From the NCBI GenBank assembly GCA_964544655.1, contig CAZJCM010000003.1:9317-73316 (forward strand): a DNA stretch of 64,000 bases, in the 5' to 3' direction. Shown one piece after another: positions 36,144 through 46,095 of this stretch. The stretch is from an uncultured Sedimenticola sp. (lineage in GTDB: Bacteria; Pseudomonadota; Gammaproteobacteria; Chromatiales; Chromatiaceae). Under the pieces are notes generated by a model, which searched no databases, was not told the DNA's origin, and saw only the letters and a list, made by a program, of their open reading frames with translations. Within the stretch, counting starts at the first letter, position 1, and the number at the start of each line of letters is the position of its first letter. The translations under genes and the position numbers were made by a program.

Positions 36144-37766
36144 TCAGTTTTTACGCAGACCATCATAATCAGTGTCGTTCTCGAACTTGGCACACTCGGG
36201 AAACAACATGGGGCCCTTCAGCGCCATCGGCATATCAGCCAGGGTCAGCTCCCGCCTCAGGTTGCTGATATGCTCCAGTAAAATCTTCTTCGGCCCCCGC
36301 CGATGGCTGTTCTCCGCCGCATGGGCGCCGGCCCGGCGACCAAAGCTGATGATCTCCAGCAGGGCATTGCCCATGATCCTGTTCTTGCCATGAATTCCCC
36401 CGCTCACCTCCCCTACACAATAGAGACCGGGCACGCTGGAGAGGGCATTTTCATCGATCACTACACCACCGTTCTGGTAATGCAGCGTGGGATAGATCAA
36501 CAGGGGTGTGGTATAGAGGTCGGTATTACAGCGCTTGCCCAGCTGCACCAGCTTGGGAAAACGTGCATTCAGGATTCCGGGGTTGCGCAATTCCAGCCCC
36601 GGCGTGTCCAGCCATACCCCCACCGCATCGTCATTGACCCGCACTCCCCGCCCCTCGGTGCACTCGCGCAGAATGGCGGAGGAGACATGATCACGGCTCT
36701 TCAACTCGTCGACGAAACGCTCTCCCATGGCATTCAGCAGGTAGGCGCCGGCGGAACGCACACCCTCCGTGATCAGGGTCCCCGCCAAGTGCTGGGGATG
36801 GGCCAGGCCGGATGGATGATACTGAAACGAGTCCAGATCACGCAGCCGCGCCCCCAGCCGGTAGGCCATCACCAGCCCGTCACCAGTGGCGCCAAAATGG
36901 TTGGAAGTGGGGAAGTCGTTGATATGGACCCGCCCGATACCACCGGTGGCGATGATCACCGACTTCGCCTTGACCAGGGTGTAGCGGCAGTTTTTCAGTG
37001 AAAAGATCACTGCGCCACCACAGTGCCCCACATCATCGGAGAGCAGTTCCACCGCCGGACTGTAATCCAGCACCTCCACCCTGCTGTTGCTGACCGATTC
37101 ACGCAACACCCGCATCATCTCCAGGCCGGTGTAGTCGCGGTAATAGGCCACCCGGTTGGCGCTGGTGCCACCCGCACGGCGCAGCAGGATATCGCCGAAT
37201 TTATCCAGATCGAACTGCATCCCCTGCTGAATCAGCCAGCGGATCACGTCCGGGCCATCCATCACCATGCGCGTCACCAGCTTGCGATCCGCATGGTAGT
37301 GGCCGGCACGCAACGTATCATCCAGATGGGCCCGCGGCGTGTCTTCCCGCTCGATAGAAGCCTGAATTCCCCCCTCCGCCATGACCGTATTGCTGTCCCC
37401 CAGGCGCAGTTTGGTGACCAGCATCACCCGTGCGCCGGCCTTGGCGGCGACCAGGGCAGCGGCACAACCGGCGCCGCCCCCGCCGATCACCAGCACATCG
37501 GTCTCCTGCACCGGCGCCGCAGCCAGATCGGCCTCGTCGATGCGGGCATCGGCCTGCAACAGATCGGCCAGCTGGCGGTGGCACTTGTCCCCCTTGTTTG
37601 GCCCGACCTTCAGGGTGGTGATGGAGCCGTCGTAAAAATCCGGATGAAATTCGTGAAGCAGGGATTCCGGCGACAACGCCTCTTCTGCCGGGGGACGCTC
37701 AGCGAGCGGCTGATACAGAGTTAACGCCTCAGCGTAAGGGATGCCTCTGGACATGGGATTTACCAA
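36144..37766 (-). CDS. Fumarate reductase/succinate dehydrogenase-family FAD flavoprotein (soluble type, NadB/TfrA-like)
   Basis: 'DVLVIGGGGAGCAAAL', 'DSNTVMAEGGIQA', 'FQYHPSG', 'GLYCVGEVSGGIHGKNR'. About 85 aa N-terminal extension. The track start is a TTG; an ATG at 37754 is the alternative. Confidence 0.8.
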   Translation of the reverse strand: MVNPMSRGIPYAEALTLYQPLAERPPAEEALSPESLLHEFHPDFYDGSITTLKVGPNKGDKCHRQLADLLQADARIDEADLAAAPVQETDVLVIGGGGAGCAAALVAAKAGARVMLVTKLRLGDSNTVMAEGGIQASIEREDTPRAHLDDTLRAGHYHADRKLVTRMVMDGPDVIRWLIQQGMQFDLDKFGDILLRRAGGTSANRVAYYRDYTGLEMMRVLRESVSNSRVEVLDYSPAVELLSDDVGHCGGAVIFSLKNCRYTLVKAKSVIIATGGIGRVHINDFPTSNHFGATGDGLVMAYRLGARLRDLDSFQYHPSGLAHPQHLAGTLITEGVRSAGAYLLNAMGERFVDELKSRDHVSSAILRECTEGRGVRVNDDAVGVWLDTPGLELRNPGILNARFPKLVQLGKRCNTDLYTTPLLIYPTLHYQNGGVVIDENALSSVPGLYCVGEVSGGIHGKNRIMGNALLEIISFGRRAGAHAAENSHRRGPKKILLEHISNLRRELTLADMPMALKGPMLFPECAKFENDTDYDGLRKN

Positions 37767-37804
37767 TTGGGTATCACTGGATGGGAAGCAGACACGATGA
37801 CACG

Positions 37805-38431
37805 CTACTCCATGATCTGGAGCTCGCCCCGGCGCAGCTTTTCCAGGCGATTGATGAGATTGGACGGCCTGGTGTGAAAATAGGCGGTCACCCGCCGGGC
37901 AAAGATACCCACATGATTGGGGGCAATGAATTCAGGGCAGGCGGTCATGCAGAAATTGCACATCACGCACTCGACGAACAACTCTCCGGCCTCGCGAAAG
38001 CGCCCCTTGCAGGCCAGCTCGACGCCCTTTTCCACATCGATACCCTTGGGGCATGATGCGGTGCAGCCAGAGCAGTGGCGGCAATGATCGGCTTCCGGGA
38101 AGATACGACTGAACTGGGCCTGCACCTCCCAGGAGTTGCTGATCTCGGTCAGCTCATAGGTATGGTGGGTAGGGGTTGGAAAGACCAGGAAACTGACTTC
38201 CATCCCCTCTTCGATCAGGGTCTGGCAGCCCAATTCCATGGTCACTTCCGCCGTGCCGGCCCGGCGCACCATGATCCGGCAGGAACCACACACCCCCTCC
38301 AGGCAACCCACGCTCTTGACCCGGGGATAGCCGGCATGCCACAAGGCCTGGATGGTGGAAAGACCTGCAGGTGCCGTTATCTCTTTTCCATCGATGGTGA
38401 CATTGATCTGTTGTTCGCTTTTCGTACTCAT
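37805..38431 (-). CDS. SdhB/FrdB-like iron-sulfur subunit ([2Fe-2S] plus two Cys clusters)
   Basis: 'CLEGVCGSCRIMV', 'CRHCSGCTASCP', 'CVMCNFCMTACP'. Confidence 0.8.
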   Translation of the reverse strand: MSTKSEQQINVTIDGKEITAPAGLSTIQALWHAGYPRVKSVGCLEGVCGSCRIMVRRAGTAEVTMELGCQTLIEEGMEVSFLVFPTPTHHTYELTEISNSWEVQAQFSRIFPEADHCRHCSGCTASCPKGIDVEKGVELACKGRFREAGELFVECVMCNFCMTACPEFIAPNHVGIFARRVTAYFHTRPSNLINRLEKLRRGELQIME

Positions 38432-38933
38432 GCTCCCTCTGTCGGCGTGCGCCAGCGATCCTATGCCGTTGTCATGGTCAGGCTCACCTGGATATCCGGG
38501 CCATGGAGACCGGCTTTTCGCCAGCGGAATATGCAGGATGGCTCTGTCTGCGGGGCCATCTTTGCAGCCCTTGCAGCCTGAAAAAGGCCCGGCGAGAGGG
38601 CATGATTTTCCCCCCTGAACGGGCCATTGTCCAGGGCAGACCCCGAAGGATGGAAATAATCACTGCAAAAACAAAATGATACGCGATAGCACAACCCCTG
38701 CCAAAAAAGTGGATTAACGGGCACACAAAAAAAAACGCACTTCGACACCTCCCGATTGACCGCTGTTGAAAGGGCGCAAAGATCGCCCACCGCCCACAGC
38801 CCGGCCGCCCTTCCTCATCGACCGTCGCGCATCCATGCAGCATCTATGTAATAGAGCACTAGCACCCATCAGGGGATATTGATTATGATTGACCGGTGTC
38901 CGACCCGGGAACCTGCAACGAGGAAACAGAAGA

Positions 38934-40853
38934 ATGAAACCTTTGAATCTGACGGAGAAGATCCTGCTGGATCATCTGGTAAGCGGCGATAAGCTTCCGC
39001 CTCCAGGTGAACCTATCACCATCCGCATCGACGAGGCGTTCACCCAGGACGCCACCGGCACCATGTGCATGCTGCAGTTGGAGGCGATGGGCGTAAAGCG
39101 GGTCAAACCCCTCTCCGTCAACTTCGTCGACCACAGCATGATGCAGGTGGGTTTCCGCAATCCGGACGACCATCGTTATCTGCAGAGTGTTTCGAAAAAG
39201 CTGGGCATCATCTTCTCACCGCCGGGGACCGGCATCTGCCACTTCCTCAATATCGAAAACTTCGTCAAACCAGGCATGACCGGCGTTGGCGCCGACAGCC
39301 ACACGGTGAATGCAGGCGGCATGGGCGCCCTTTACTTCGGTGCAGGCGGCTACGATGTGGCCCTGGCCATGGCCACCGGCAACTACACCCTGCCAATGCC
39401 GAAGGTGGTGCGGGTCGAGTTGAGCGGAAAGCTGCGCCCCGGCGTGATGGCCATGGACGTAATCCTGAAGATGCTCTCCATCGTCGGCGTCAAGGGAGGC
39501 AAAGGGATCATCTTCGAGTACGATGGTCCCGGTGCCGCCACGCTGACACTGAACGAGCGGGCCACCATCACCAACATGGGTGCCGAGATGGGGGCGACCA
39601 CCTCAGTATTCATCAGCGACGAGAAGACCCGGGAATACCTGGAAAGCCGCCGCCGGGTGGAAGACTACCAGCCACTGAGGGCGGACGAAGGCGCCGAGTA
39701 TTCCGACATCATCGAGATCGATCTGTCGACCCTGGAGCCCTCCATCGCCATCTATCCCTCTCCCGGTCAGGTGGAGACGATAGCGGATCATGTGGGCGAA
39801 AAGATCGACCAGGTCTGCGTCGGCAGCTGCACCAACAGCTCGTTCTACAACATCGCAAATTTCGCCGAGATGCTGAAAGGCAAGCGCGTGGTGGTAGACA
39901 CCCTGCTCTACCCTGGCTCCCGCGCGGTAGAGCTGCAGCTGGCCGAATCCGGCTATCTCACCTCCCTGCTCTATTCCGGGGTCCGGGTAATGGAGAGCGG
40001 CTGTGGCGCCTGCATCGGCCAGGGCGGCTCGCCCCCCAGCAAGGGCGTCAGCCTGCGCACCTTCAACCGCAATTTCCCCAAGCGCTCCGGCACTGCCGAC
40101 GCCCAGGTCCACCTGGTGAGCCCGCTGGTAGCGGCGGCCAGCGCCCTGACCGGCGTCATCACCCTGCCGGAGCACGAAATGGATATCAAGCAGGTGCCGC
40201 AAGTGGATGACACGGGCGCCTTCATCCATCCACCATCACCCGAAGAAGCGGAACAGGTCGAAGTGATCCGCGGTCCGAACATCATGGCCCTGCCCGATTT
40301 CGATCCGCTGCCGGAGCAGATCGAAGGTGAGGTCCTGCTGAAGCTGGGCAACGATATCAGCACCGATGACATCCAGCCCGCCGGCATCTACCTCTCCCTG
40401 CGTTCGAACGTCAAAGAATACGCCATGCAGGCCACCTTCCGCCCGGTGGACGAGACCTTCGCCGAGCGGGCCGTGGCCCTGCGTGATGCCGGCAAGAGCG
40501 GGATCATCGTAGCGCGGGACAACTATGGACAAGGCAGCTCCCGTGAGCACGCCGCACTATGCCCCCGCTGGCTGGGCGTGCGCGCAGTGATCGTAAAGCA
40601 GTTCGCCCGCATCCACGTGGCCAACCTGGTGAACTTCGGCATCGTTCCCCTCACCTTTGCCGACCCGGACGATTACGAAAAGATCGCCCAGGGGGACAAT
40701 GTGACCATCGACGTCTCCAACCTGGAGGGGGAGCTCTCATTACAGGTGAATGGAGAGAAGATACTGCTGCAGCCTGCGTTTGAAACCAAGGACATCCCGG
40801 TGCTGAAGGCCGGCGGTGCGCTGCCCTATTTCAAGATGACGCATCAGGAGTGA
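38934..40853 (+). CDS. Aconitate hydratase (compact ~640-aa form)
   Basis: 'TQDATGTM', 'VGADSHT', 'VGSCTNSS', 'SGCGACIGQG', swivel domain 'YGQGSSREHAA'. Start at 'MKPLNL' with GAGGA upstream. Confidence 0.9.
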   Translation: MKPLNLTEKILLDHLVSGDKLPPPGEPITIRIDEAFTQDATGTMCMLQLEAMGVKRVKPLSVNFVDHSMMQVGFRNPDDHRYLQSVSKKLGIIFSPPGTGICHFLNIENFVKPGMTGVGADSHTVNAGGMGALYFGAGGYDVALAMATGNYTLPMPKVVRVELSGKLRPGVMAMDVILKMLSIVGVKGGKGIIFEYDGPGAATLTLNERATITNMGAEMGATTSVFISDEKTREYLESRRRVEDYQPLRADEGAEYSDIIEIDLSTLEPSIAIYPSPGQVETIADHVGEKIDQVCVGSCTNSSFYNIANFAEMLKGKRVVVDTLLYPGSRAVELQLAESGYLTSLLYSGVRVMESGCGACIGQGGSPPSKGVSLRTFNRNFPKRSGTADAQVHLVSPLVAAASALTGVITLPEHEMDIKQVPQVDDTGAFIHPPSPEEAEQVEVIRGPNIMALPDFDPLPEQIEGEVLLKLGNDISTDDIQPAGIYLSLRSNVKEYAMQATFRPVDETFAERAVALRDAGKSGIIVARDNYGQGSSREHAALCPRWLGVRAVIVKQFARIHVANLVNFGIVPLTFADPDDYEKIAQGDNVTIDVSNLEGELSLQVNGEKILLQPAFETKDIPVLKAGGALPYFKMTHQE

Positions 40854-40912
40854 CGGTGCCCCGCGCTGTGCATGGAACATAACAGATAACATCTGGGGAA
40901 ATATTTTGCCTG

Positions 40913-40946
40913 TGCCATGGATGGCGCAGGCAAAATCATATATAAA
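40913..40946. terminator. 34-nt near-perfect palindrome downstream of the aconitase gene
   Basis: ATTTTGCCTG-t-GCCAT-gg-ATGGC-g-CAGGCAAAAT (15 Watson-Crick pairs plus one T/G). Lies 60 nt after the stop. No U-tract follows on the plus strand, so function as a terminator is uncertain. Confidence 0.4.
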
Positions 40947-41172
40947 CACAGGCTCCGGGCAGGTTTTCTCAGGCGATGTTCTGCACAGCTCCGATGCAGA
41001 GATGCCGCATGCCGGCAGAGGCCGGGGTATCCGGGCCATTCGCACGATCATGCGGCCCGGCATCGCCCCATGACTTGACCTGCCACGATGGCCGATCCGT
41101 TACGATATACGCCATGACGAAGATGATACAGATACCACAACAACACTCGAATGCAGGTTTGGAGGCCAAACC

Positions 41173-42744
41173 ATGTCCATGAAGATCGGGGTTCCACGGG
41201 AAGTCCACCCGAATGAGTGCCGCGTTGCGCTCACCCCTGAGACAGCACAGCAGATACAGAAACTGGGCTTCAGCATTGCCATCGAGGCAGGCGCCGGGGA
41301 GTTGGCACACTTCTCGGACGATGCCTATCGAGAGGTCGGCGTTGAGGTGGTGGATGAAGTCAAGGCTCTGTGGGCCGAATCCGACATCGTGATGAAGGTC
41401 CGGGGGCCGGAGACGCATCCCGCACTCTGTGTGGACGAGACCGAGCTGCTGCGCGAGGGCGGCACCCTGATCAGCTTTCTTTGGCCGGCCCAGCACCCGG
41501 AGCTGCTGAAGAAACTGGCTGCACGCAAAGCGACGGTGATGGCGATGGACAGCGTCCCCCGCATCTCCCGCGCCCAGAAGATGGACGCCCTCAGCTCCAT
41601 GGCCAACATCGCTGGTTACCGGGCGGTGGTAGAGGCAGCCAACCACTTCGGCCGCTTCTTCACCGGGCAGGTGACAGCCGCCGGCAAGGTACCGCCGGCC
41701 AAGGTGATGGTGATTGGCGCCGGCGTGGCCGGCCTGGCCGCCATCGGCGCCGCCGGCTCTCTCGGCGCCATCGTCCGCGCCTTCGACACCCGCCCCGAGG
41801 TGAAAGAGCAGGTGGAGAGCATGGGTGCCGAATTCCTCGAACTGGACTATGAAGAAGAGGAGGACGGCAGCGGCGAGGGGGGCTACGCCAAGGTGATGAG
41901 CAAGGCCTTCATCGAGGCCGAGATGGCCCTGTTCGCCAAACAGGCGATGGAAGTGGACATCATCATCACCACCGCACTGATCCCCGGAAAGCCAGCGCCC
42001 AAACTGATCACCGCCGGCATGGTCGAATCCATGCGCGACGGCAGTGTGATCGTCGATCTGGCCGCTGAGCAGGGTGGCAACTGCGCACTGACCAAGCCGG
42101 GTGAAGTGGTGGTGGAACACGGGGTCACCATCATCGGCTTCTCCGATCTGCCGAGCCGCCTGCCGACCCAGTCGAGCCAGCTCTATGGCACCAACCTGCG
42201 CCATCTCCTGACCGATCTGACGCCAGAGAAGAACGGCGAGATTCAGGTCAATATGGAAGACGAGATCATCCGCGGCGTGACCGTGGTCAAAGAGGGTGAG
42301 ATCACCTGGCCACCACCACCGCCCAAGCTCTCCGCGGCGCCGAAGCAGAAGCCGGCCACCGCAGCACCGCCCAAGGAGCCGGTGAAAGAGGAGAAAAAAT
42401 CCGGCGGACTGATGACCGCTGTGCTGATGGGCATCGCCGGACTGGCCCTGCTCGGCATCGGCAGCGTGGCACCCCCCGATTTCCTGGCCCATTTCACCGT
42501 CTTCGTACTGGCCTGCTTCATCGGCTACATGGTGATCTGGAACGTGACGCCAGCTCTGCACACGCCGCTGATGAGCGTCACCAACGCCATCTCCGGCATC
42601 ATCGTCATCGGCGCCCTGCTGCAGGTCTCCGGTACCTCGACCCTGGTTACCGGGCTGGCCGCCATCGCCATTCTCATCGCCAGTATCAACATCGCCGGTG
42701 GCTTTCTGGTCACCCAACGCATGTTGAAGATGTTTCAGAAGTAG
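41173..42744 (+). CDS. pntA: NAD(P) transhydrogenase alpha subunit (fused dI plus membrane dII-alpha)
   Basis: Near-collinear with E. coli PntA as recalled: 'IGVPRE', '[30 protein letters not shown]', '[47 protein letters not shown]', '[10 protein letters not shown]'. GGAGG sits 8 nt before the ATG. Confidence 0.96.
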   Translation: MSMKIGVPREVHPNECRVALTPETAQQIQKLGFSIAIEAGAGELAHFSDDAYREVGVEVVDEVKALWAESDIVMKVRGPETHPALCVDETELLREGGTLISFLWPAQHPELLKKLAARKATVMAMDSVPRISRAQKMDALSSMANIAGYRAVVEAANHFGRFFTGQVTAAGKVPPAKVMVIGAGVAGLAAIGAAGSLGAIVRAFDTRPEVKEQVESMGAEFLELDYEEEEDGSGEGGYAKVMSKAFIEAEMALFAKQAMEVDIIITTALIPGKPAPKLITAGMVESMRDGSVIVDLAAEQGGNCALTKPGEVVVEHGVTIIGFSDLPSRLPTQSSQLYGTNLRHLLTDLTPEKNGEIQVNMEDEIIRGVTVVKEGEITWPPPPPKLSAAPKQKPATAAPPKEPVKEEKKSGGLMTAVLMGIAGLALLGIGSVAPPDFLAHFTVFVLACFIGYMVIWNVTPALHTPLMSVTNAISGIIVIGALLQVSGTSTLVTGLAAIAILIASINIAGGFLVTQRMLKMFQK

Positions 42745-42756
42745 GAGCCGCGCACC

Positions 42757-44145
42757 ATGACTGAAGGAATCATCACGGTCGCCTATATCGCGGCCAGTAT
42801 CCTGTTCATCCTCGCCCTCGGCGGCCTCAGCCACCCCGAGACCTCCCGCCGCGGCAATCTCTATGGCATGATCGGCATGACCATCGCCATCCTCGCCACC
42901 GTGCTCGGCGCCCAGGTCACCGGCTACACCACCATCCTCATCTGCATGGCCATCGGCGGCTCCATTGGCGCACTGCTGGCCAAGCGGGTGGAGATGACCC
43001 AGATGCCTGAACTGGTGGCCATTCTGCACAGCTTCGTCGGCCTGGCCGCCGTACTGGTGGGCTATGCCAGCTACCTGGACCCTGCCAGCAACTTTCAGGG
43101 CGCCGAAAAAACCATCCATGAAATCGAGATCTATCTCGGTGTGCTGATCGGTGCCGTCACCTTTACCGGCTCGGTGGTTGCCTTTGGCAAGCTGCGTGGC
43201 AACATCACCAGCAAACCCCTGCTGCTGCCGGCCCGCCACTGGCTGAATCTGGGCATGGGGCTGCTCTGCATCTGGCTCGGAGTACAGTTCGTCGGCAGTG
43301 ACCACGGCGGAGGCCTGATGCCCCTGGTGCTGATGACCCTGATCGCCTTCGCCTTCGGTGTGCACATGGTAATGGCCATCGGCGGTGCCGACATGCCGGT
43401 GGTGGTCTCGATGCTCAACAGCTACTCCGGCTGGGCCGCCGCCGCCACCGGTTTCATGCTCGCCAACGACCTGCTGATCGTCACCGGCGCCCTGGTAGGC
43501 AGCAGCGGCGCCATCCTCAGCTACATCATGTGTCGCGCCATGAACCGCAAGTTCCTGGCCGTGATCGCCGGTGGTTTTGGCACCTCGGCCGGTACGACAG
43601 CGGCAGCTGAAGGTGAACAGGGTGAGGTGGTTGCAACCAACCCGGAGGAGACGGCGGAACTGCTGAAGAACGCCAAAGAGGTGGTCATCGTGCCCGGTTA
43701 CGGCATGGCCGTGGCCCAGGCCCAGTACATCATCAACGAGATCACCCGCAAGCTGCGGGACCAGGGGGTCAATGTGCGCTTCGGCATCCATCCGGTGGCA
43801 GGCCGCATGCCCGGACACATGAATGTGCTGCTGGCCGAAGCCAAGGTGCCCTATGACATCGTGTTGGAGATGGACGAGCTGAACGACGATTTCCCCGACA
43901 CCGACGTGGTACTGGTGATTGGCGCCAACGACATCGTCAATCCCGACGCCCTGGAGAATCCCAACAGCCCAATCGCCGGCATGCCGGTACTGGAGGTATG
44001 GCGGGCACAAACGGTAATCGTGATGAAGCGCAGCATGGCCACCGGCTACGCCGGGGTGGAAAACCCCCTGTTCTTCAAGGAGAACACCCGCATGCTGTTC
44101 GGCGATGCCAAGGCCAGCGTCGAAGCGATCCTGGCGAATCTGTAA
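42757..44145 (+). CDS. pntB: NAD(P) transhydrogenase beta subunit
   Basis: Membrane N-terminal half, '[14 protein letters not shown]', '[22 protein letters not shown]', '[12 protein letters not shown]'. Confidence 0.96.
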   Translation: MTEGIITVAYIAASILFILALGGLSHPETSRRGNLYGMIGMTIAILATVLGAQVTGYTTILICMAIGGSIGALLAKRVEMTQMPELVAILHSFVGLAAVLVGYASYLDPASNFQGAEKTIHEIEIYLGVLIGAVTFTGSVVAFGKLRGNITSKPLLLPARHWLNLGMGLLCIWLGVQFVGSDHGGGLMPLVLMTLIAFAFGVHMVMAIGGADMPVVVSMLNSYSGWAAAATGFMLANDLLIVTGALVGSSGAILSYIMCRAMNRKFLAVIAGGFGTSAGTTAAAEGEQGEVVATNPEETAELLKNAKEVVIVPGYGMAVAQAQYIINEITRKLRDQGVNVRFGIHPVAGRMPGHMNVLLAEAKVPYDIVLEMDELNDDFPDTDVVLVIGANDIVNPDALENPNSPIAGMPVLEVWRAQTVIVMKRSMATGYAGVENPLFFKENTRMLFGDAKASVEAILANL

Positions 44146-44298
44146 CCTGACAATCAATATGGAAAGATCCCTGGATCGATCTTCCCGGAGCGCAAACACC
44201 TCTGGAGGGATTGGGCAGGGAGTACGGATGCAGACCTAAAGGAGAGCGGCCCGGCTCACCGCGGCTGCAACGGAAACACAAACCGAGGGTAAGGACCG

Positions 44299-44769
44299 AT
44301 GCATTTCACCAGGCCCCTGTTGCAGGCCCTGCTCGTTGTCGCCTCGTTCATTTCCGCCGGCGCGCACGCCGCCGAACCTGGGCCGCTCTCCAGCTACCAG
44401 CCAGAGCTCAGCGCCAGGATGACCGCACTGCTGCGCCAGGCCGATCCGGCGCGGGGCGAAGCGCTGTTCATGCGCAAATGTTCATCCTGTCACGACCATG
44501 AAAAGAGCGGCGGGCACGGCAAGGGCCCCCACCTGTGGAACGTCATGGGACGCAAGGCCGGCAGCATTGCCGGATTCGACTTCTCCAAGGCGATGAAGAA
44601 CTCCGGGCACACCTGGACCTTCGCCACTCTCAACTACTACCTGACCCGTACCGACCGGGCCGTCCCAGGACTGGCCATGGAGTTCCGAGGCCTGCGACGA
44701 GACAAGGATCGCGCCGCCCTGATCTCTTTTCTCCGCACCCTGAATGACAATCCACCGAACCTGCCATGA
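44299..44769 (+). CDS. Periplasmic class I c-type cytochrome (c2-like)
   Basis: Signal peptide 'LLVVASFISAGAHA', haem motif 'CSSCH', 'GPHLWNVMGRKAGS', distal Met region 'PGLAMEF'. Confidence 0.85.
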   Translation: MHFTRPLLQALLVVASFISAGAHAAEPGPLSSYQPELSARMTALLRQADPARGEALFMRKCSSCHDHEKSGGHGKGPHLWNVMGRKAGSIAGFDFSKAMKNSGHTWTFATLNYYLTRTDRAVPGLAMEFRGLRRDKDRAALISFLRTLNDNPPNLP

Positions 44770-44825
44770 TCCATCAAAGGCTGACACGCAGCGGGCGTGG
44801 CGCCGGATTTGACCAGTGACAGCGG

Positions 44826-45437
44826 TTATCGATACTCCAGCAGATAGATAACCACCCCCAAGCCGATCAGAGCCACCTCGGCCAGGCTGATCCATAGCAG
44901 AATATAGGTGATACGCCGTGCCGACGGCTTCATCGGCAGCCACATCCGGCGCATATACCAGCGCCAGGGCGGGAATCCCGACCAGCGTTTCCAGCGCACC
45001 AGCCAGGCCTGCAGATCCTCGGCCCATTTCACCAGGCTCTGGTCCACCTCATGCAGCCGCGCCTCACGGGTTTGCGGATCATGCCTGCTGTAATCTTCGA
45101 CGATGGTCATCTTCGATCCGATGGACGACGCTTCGACCGCAAACCGGGTGCTCGCCTTGAGACCGTCATGATAATGGATGATGATACCATCCGGCTGAGC
45201 CTCGGCGGAGAGCTCCAGATCGATCTCCAGGGCCGGCTCACGACTCAGGTTCCGTCCCTGGAAGTGAAATCGCCCCTCGCCCAGTGGTTGCCACTGTTTG
45301 AATTCCAGATAGGGGTTGATCCGCAGCAGACGCTCCACATCCTGACAGAAAGCAATCAGCTCGGAAGGGGGCAGAGGCACGTTGAAAGCGGCCCAGGCCC
45401 GATCTTCCTCCGCAGCCGCCACACCACGCTCATCCAT
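44826..45437 (-). CDS. Hypothetical protein with a C-terminal transmembrane helix
   Basis: No family recognised. C-terminal 'ITYILLWISLAEVALIGLGVVIYLL'. 8-nt overlap (ATGGATGA) with the usp gene upstream. Confidence 0.55.
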   Translation of the reverse strand: MDERGVAAAEEDRAWAAFNVPLPPSELIAFCQDVERLLRINPYLEFKQWQPLGEGRFHFQGRNLSREPALEIDLELSAEAQPDGIIIHYHDGLKASTRFAVEASSIGSKMTIVEDYSRHDPQTREARLHEVDQSLVKWAEDLQAWLVRWKRWSGFPPWRWYMRRMWLPMKPSARRITYILLWISLAEVALIGLGVVIYLLEYR

Positions 45438-45894
45438 TGGGATAGGGCACGATCAGCAACGGCACCGGCAGCGCCCGGACCAGAGGTTCAAGCAACATGC
45501 GTGAGCGGATCCCGGATTTCCCCTTGGGCCGTGGCGATCCCATCACCACCAGATCATAGTCACTCTCCCGGCAACTGTTGAGCAGGCAGTCATTCGGCTT
45601 GCCCAGGAGCACACTCTTGCGGTAACCAATGCCCTTCTCCTCCGCCCGGGACTGCACCCGCTCACAGTGCTCCTCGACCTCCCGCCCCAGTTCGGACTCC
45701 AGATAGCGGGCATAGCGGTCACGGGAGACTCCGTTGTTCAACCAATCATCACCCATCATGCCCTTCCACAGATCAGGCACCACGATCAGATGGTGCAAGG
45801 TGGTCTGTTGTGACGACAACTCAATCGCCATGCGCTCGGCGGCCTGCGCCCCCTCGGTACCATGGCTCGATAACAAAATATTTTTCAAATTCAT
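45430..45894 (-). CDS. Universal stress protein family protein
   Basis: 'MNLKNILLSSHGTEGAQAA', 'YDLVVMGSPRPKGKSGIRSRMLLEPLVRALPVPLLIV'. Confidence 0.75.
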   Translation of the reverse strand: MNLKNILLSSHGTEGAQAAERMAIELSSQQTTLHHLIVVPDLWKGMMGDDWLNNGVSRDRYARYLESELGREVEEHCERVQSRAEEKGIGYRKSVLLGKPNDCLLNSCRESDYDLVVMGSPRPKGKSGIRSRMLLEPLVRALPVPLLIVPYPNG

Positions 45895-45956
45895 TTCACA
45901 CCAAAAAACCAGCGCCCCCAAACGGGGGCGCCAGCCATCTCTACGACGATATCATC

Positions 45957-46085
45957 TCAATAGCTGATATAGACAAAAAAGGCGATCGCCAGGGAAATCA
46001 ACAGCGCCATGAAATCTTCTTTCCGGTCACTGCCAAAGATGGAGAGGGCCGAACCCCGATCAAATTTCTTCTGTTCTTCACTCAT
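45957..46085 (-). CDS. Unannotated 42-aa small membrane protein candidate
   Basis: My own translation: MSEEQKKFDRGSALSIFGSDRKEDFMALLISLAIAFFVYISY. The ATG is preceded by TAA-GAGGTG-tgcc, that is, an SD directly after the stop of the upstream transporter. Below the length cut-off of the ORF track. Confidence 0.5.
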   Translation of the reverse strand: MSEEQKKFDRGSALSIFGSDRKEDFMALLISLAIAFFVYISY

Positions 46086-46095
46086 GGCACACCTC

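Noticed and set aside
40969-44199. 1076-aa ORF on the minus strand, the longest in this part of the track
   Set aside because: It is exactly antisense to pntA and pntB, which match E. coli PntAB almost residue for residue. The antisense translation is low-complexity (G/A/H/D/Q-rich) with no motifs. This is a typical stop-poor antisense frame in GC-rich DNA.
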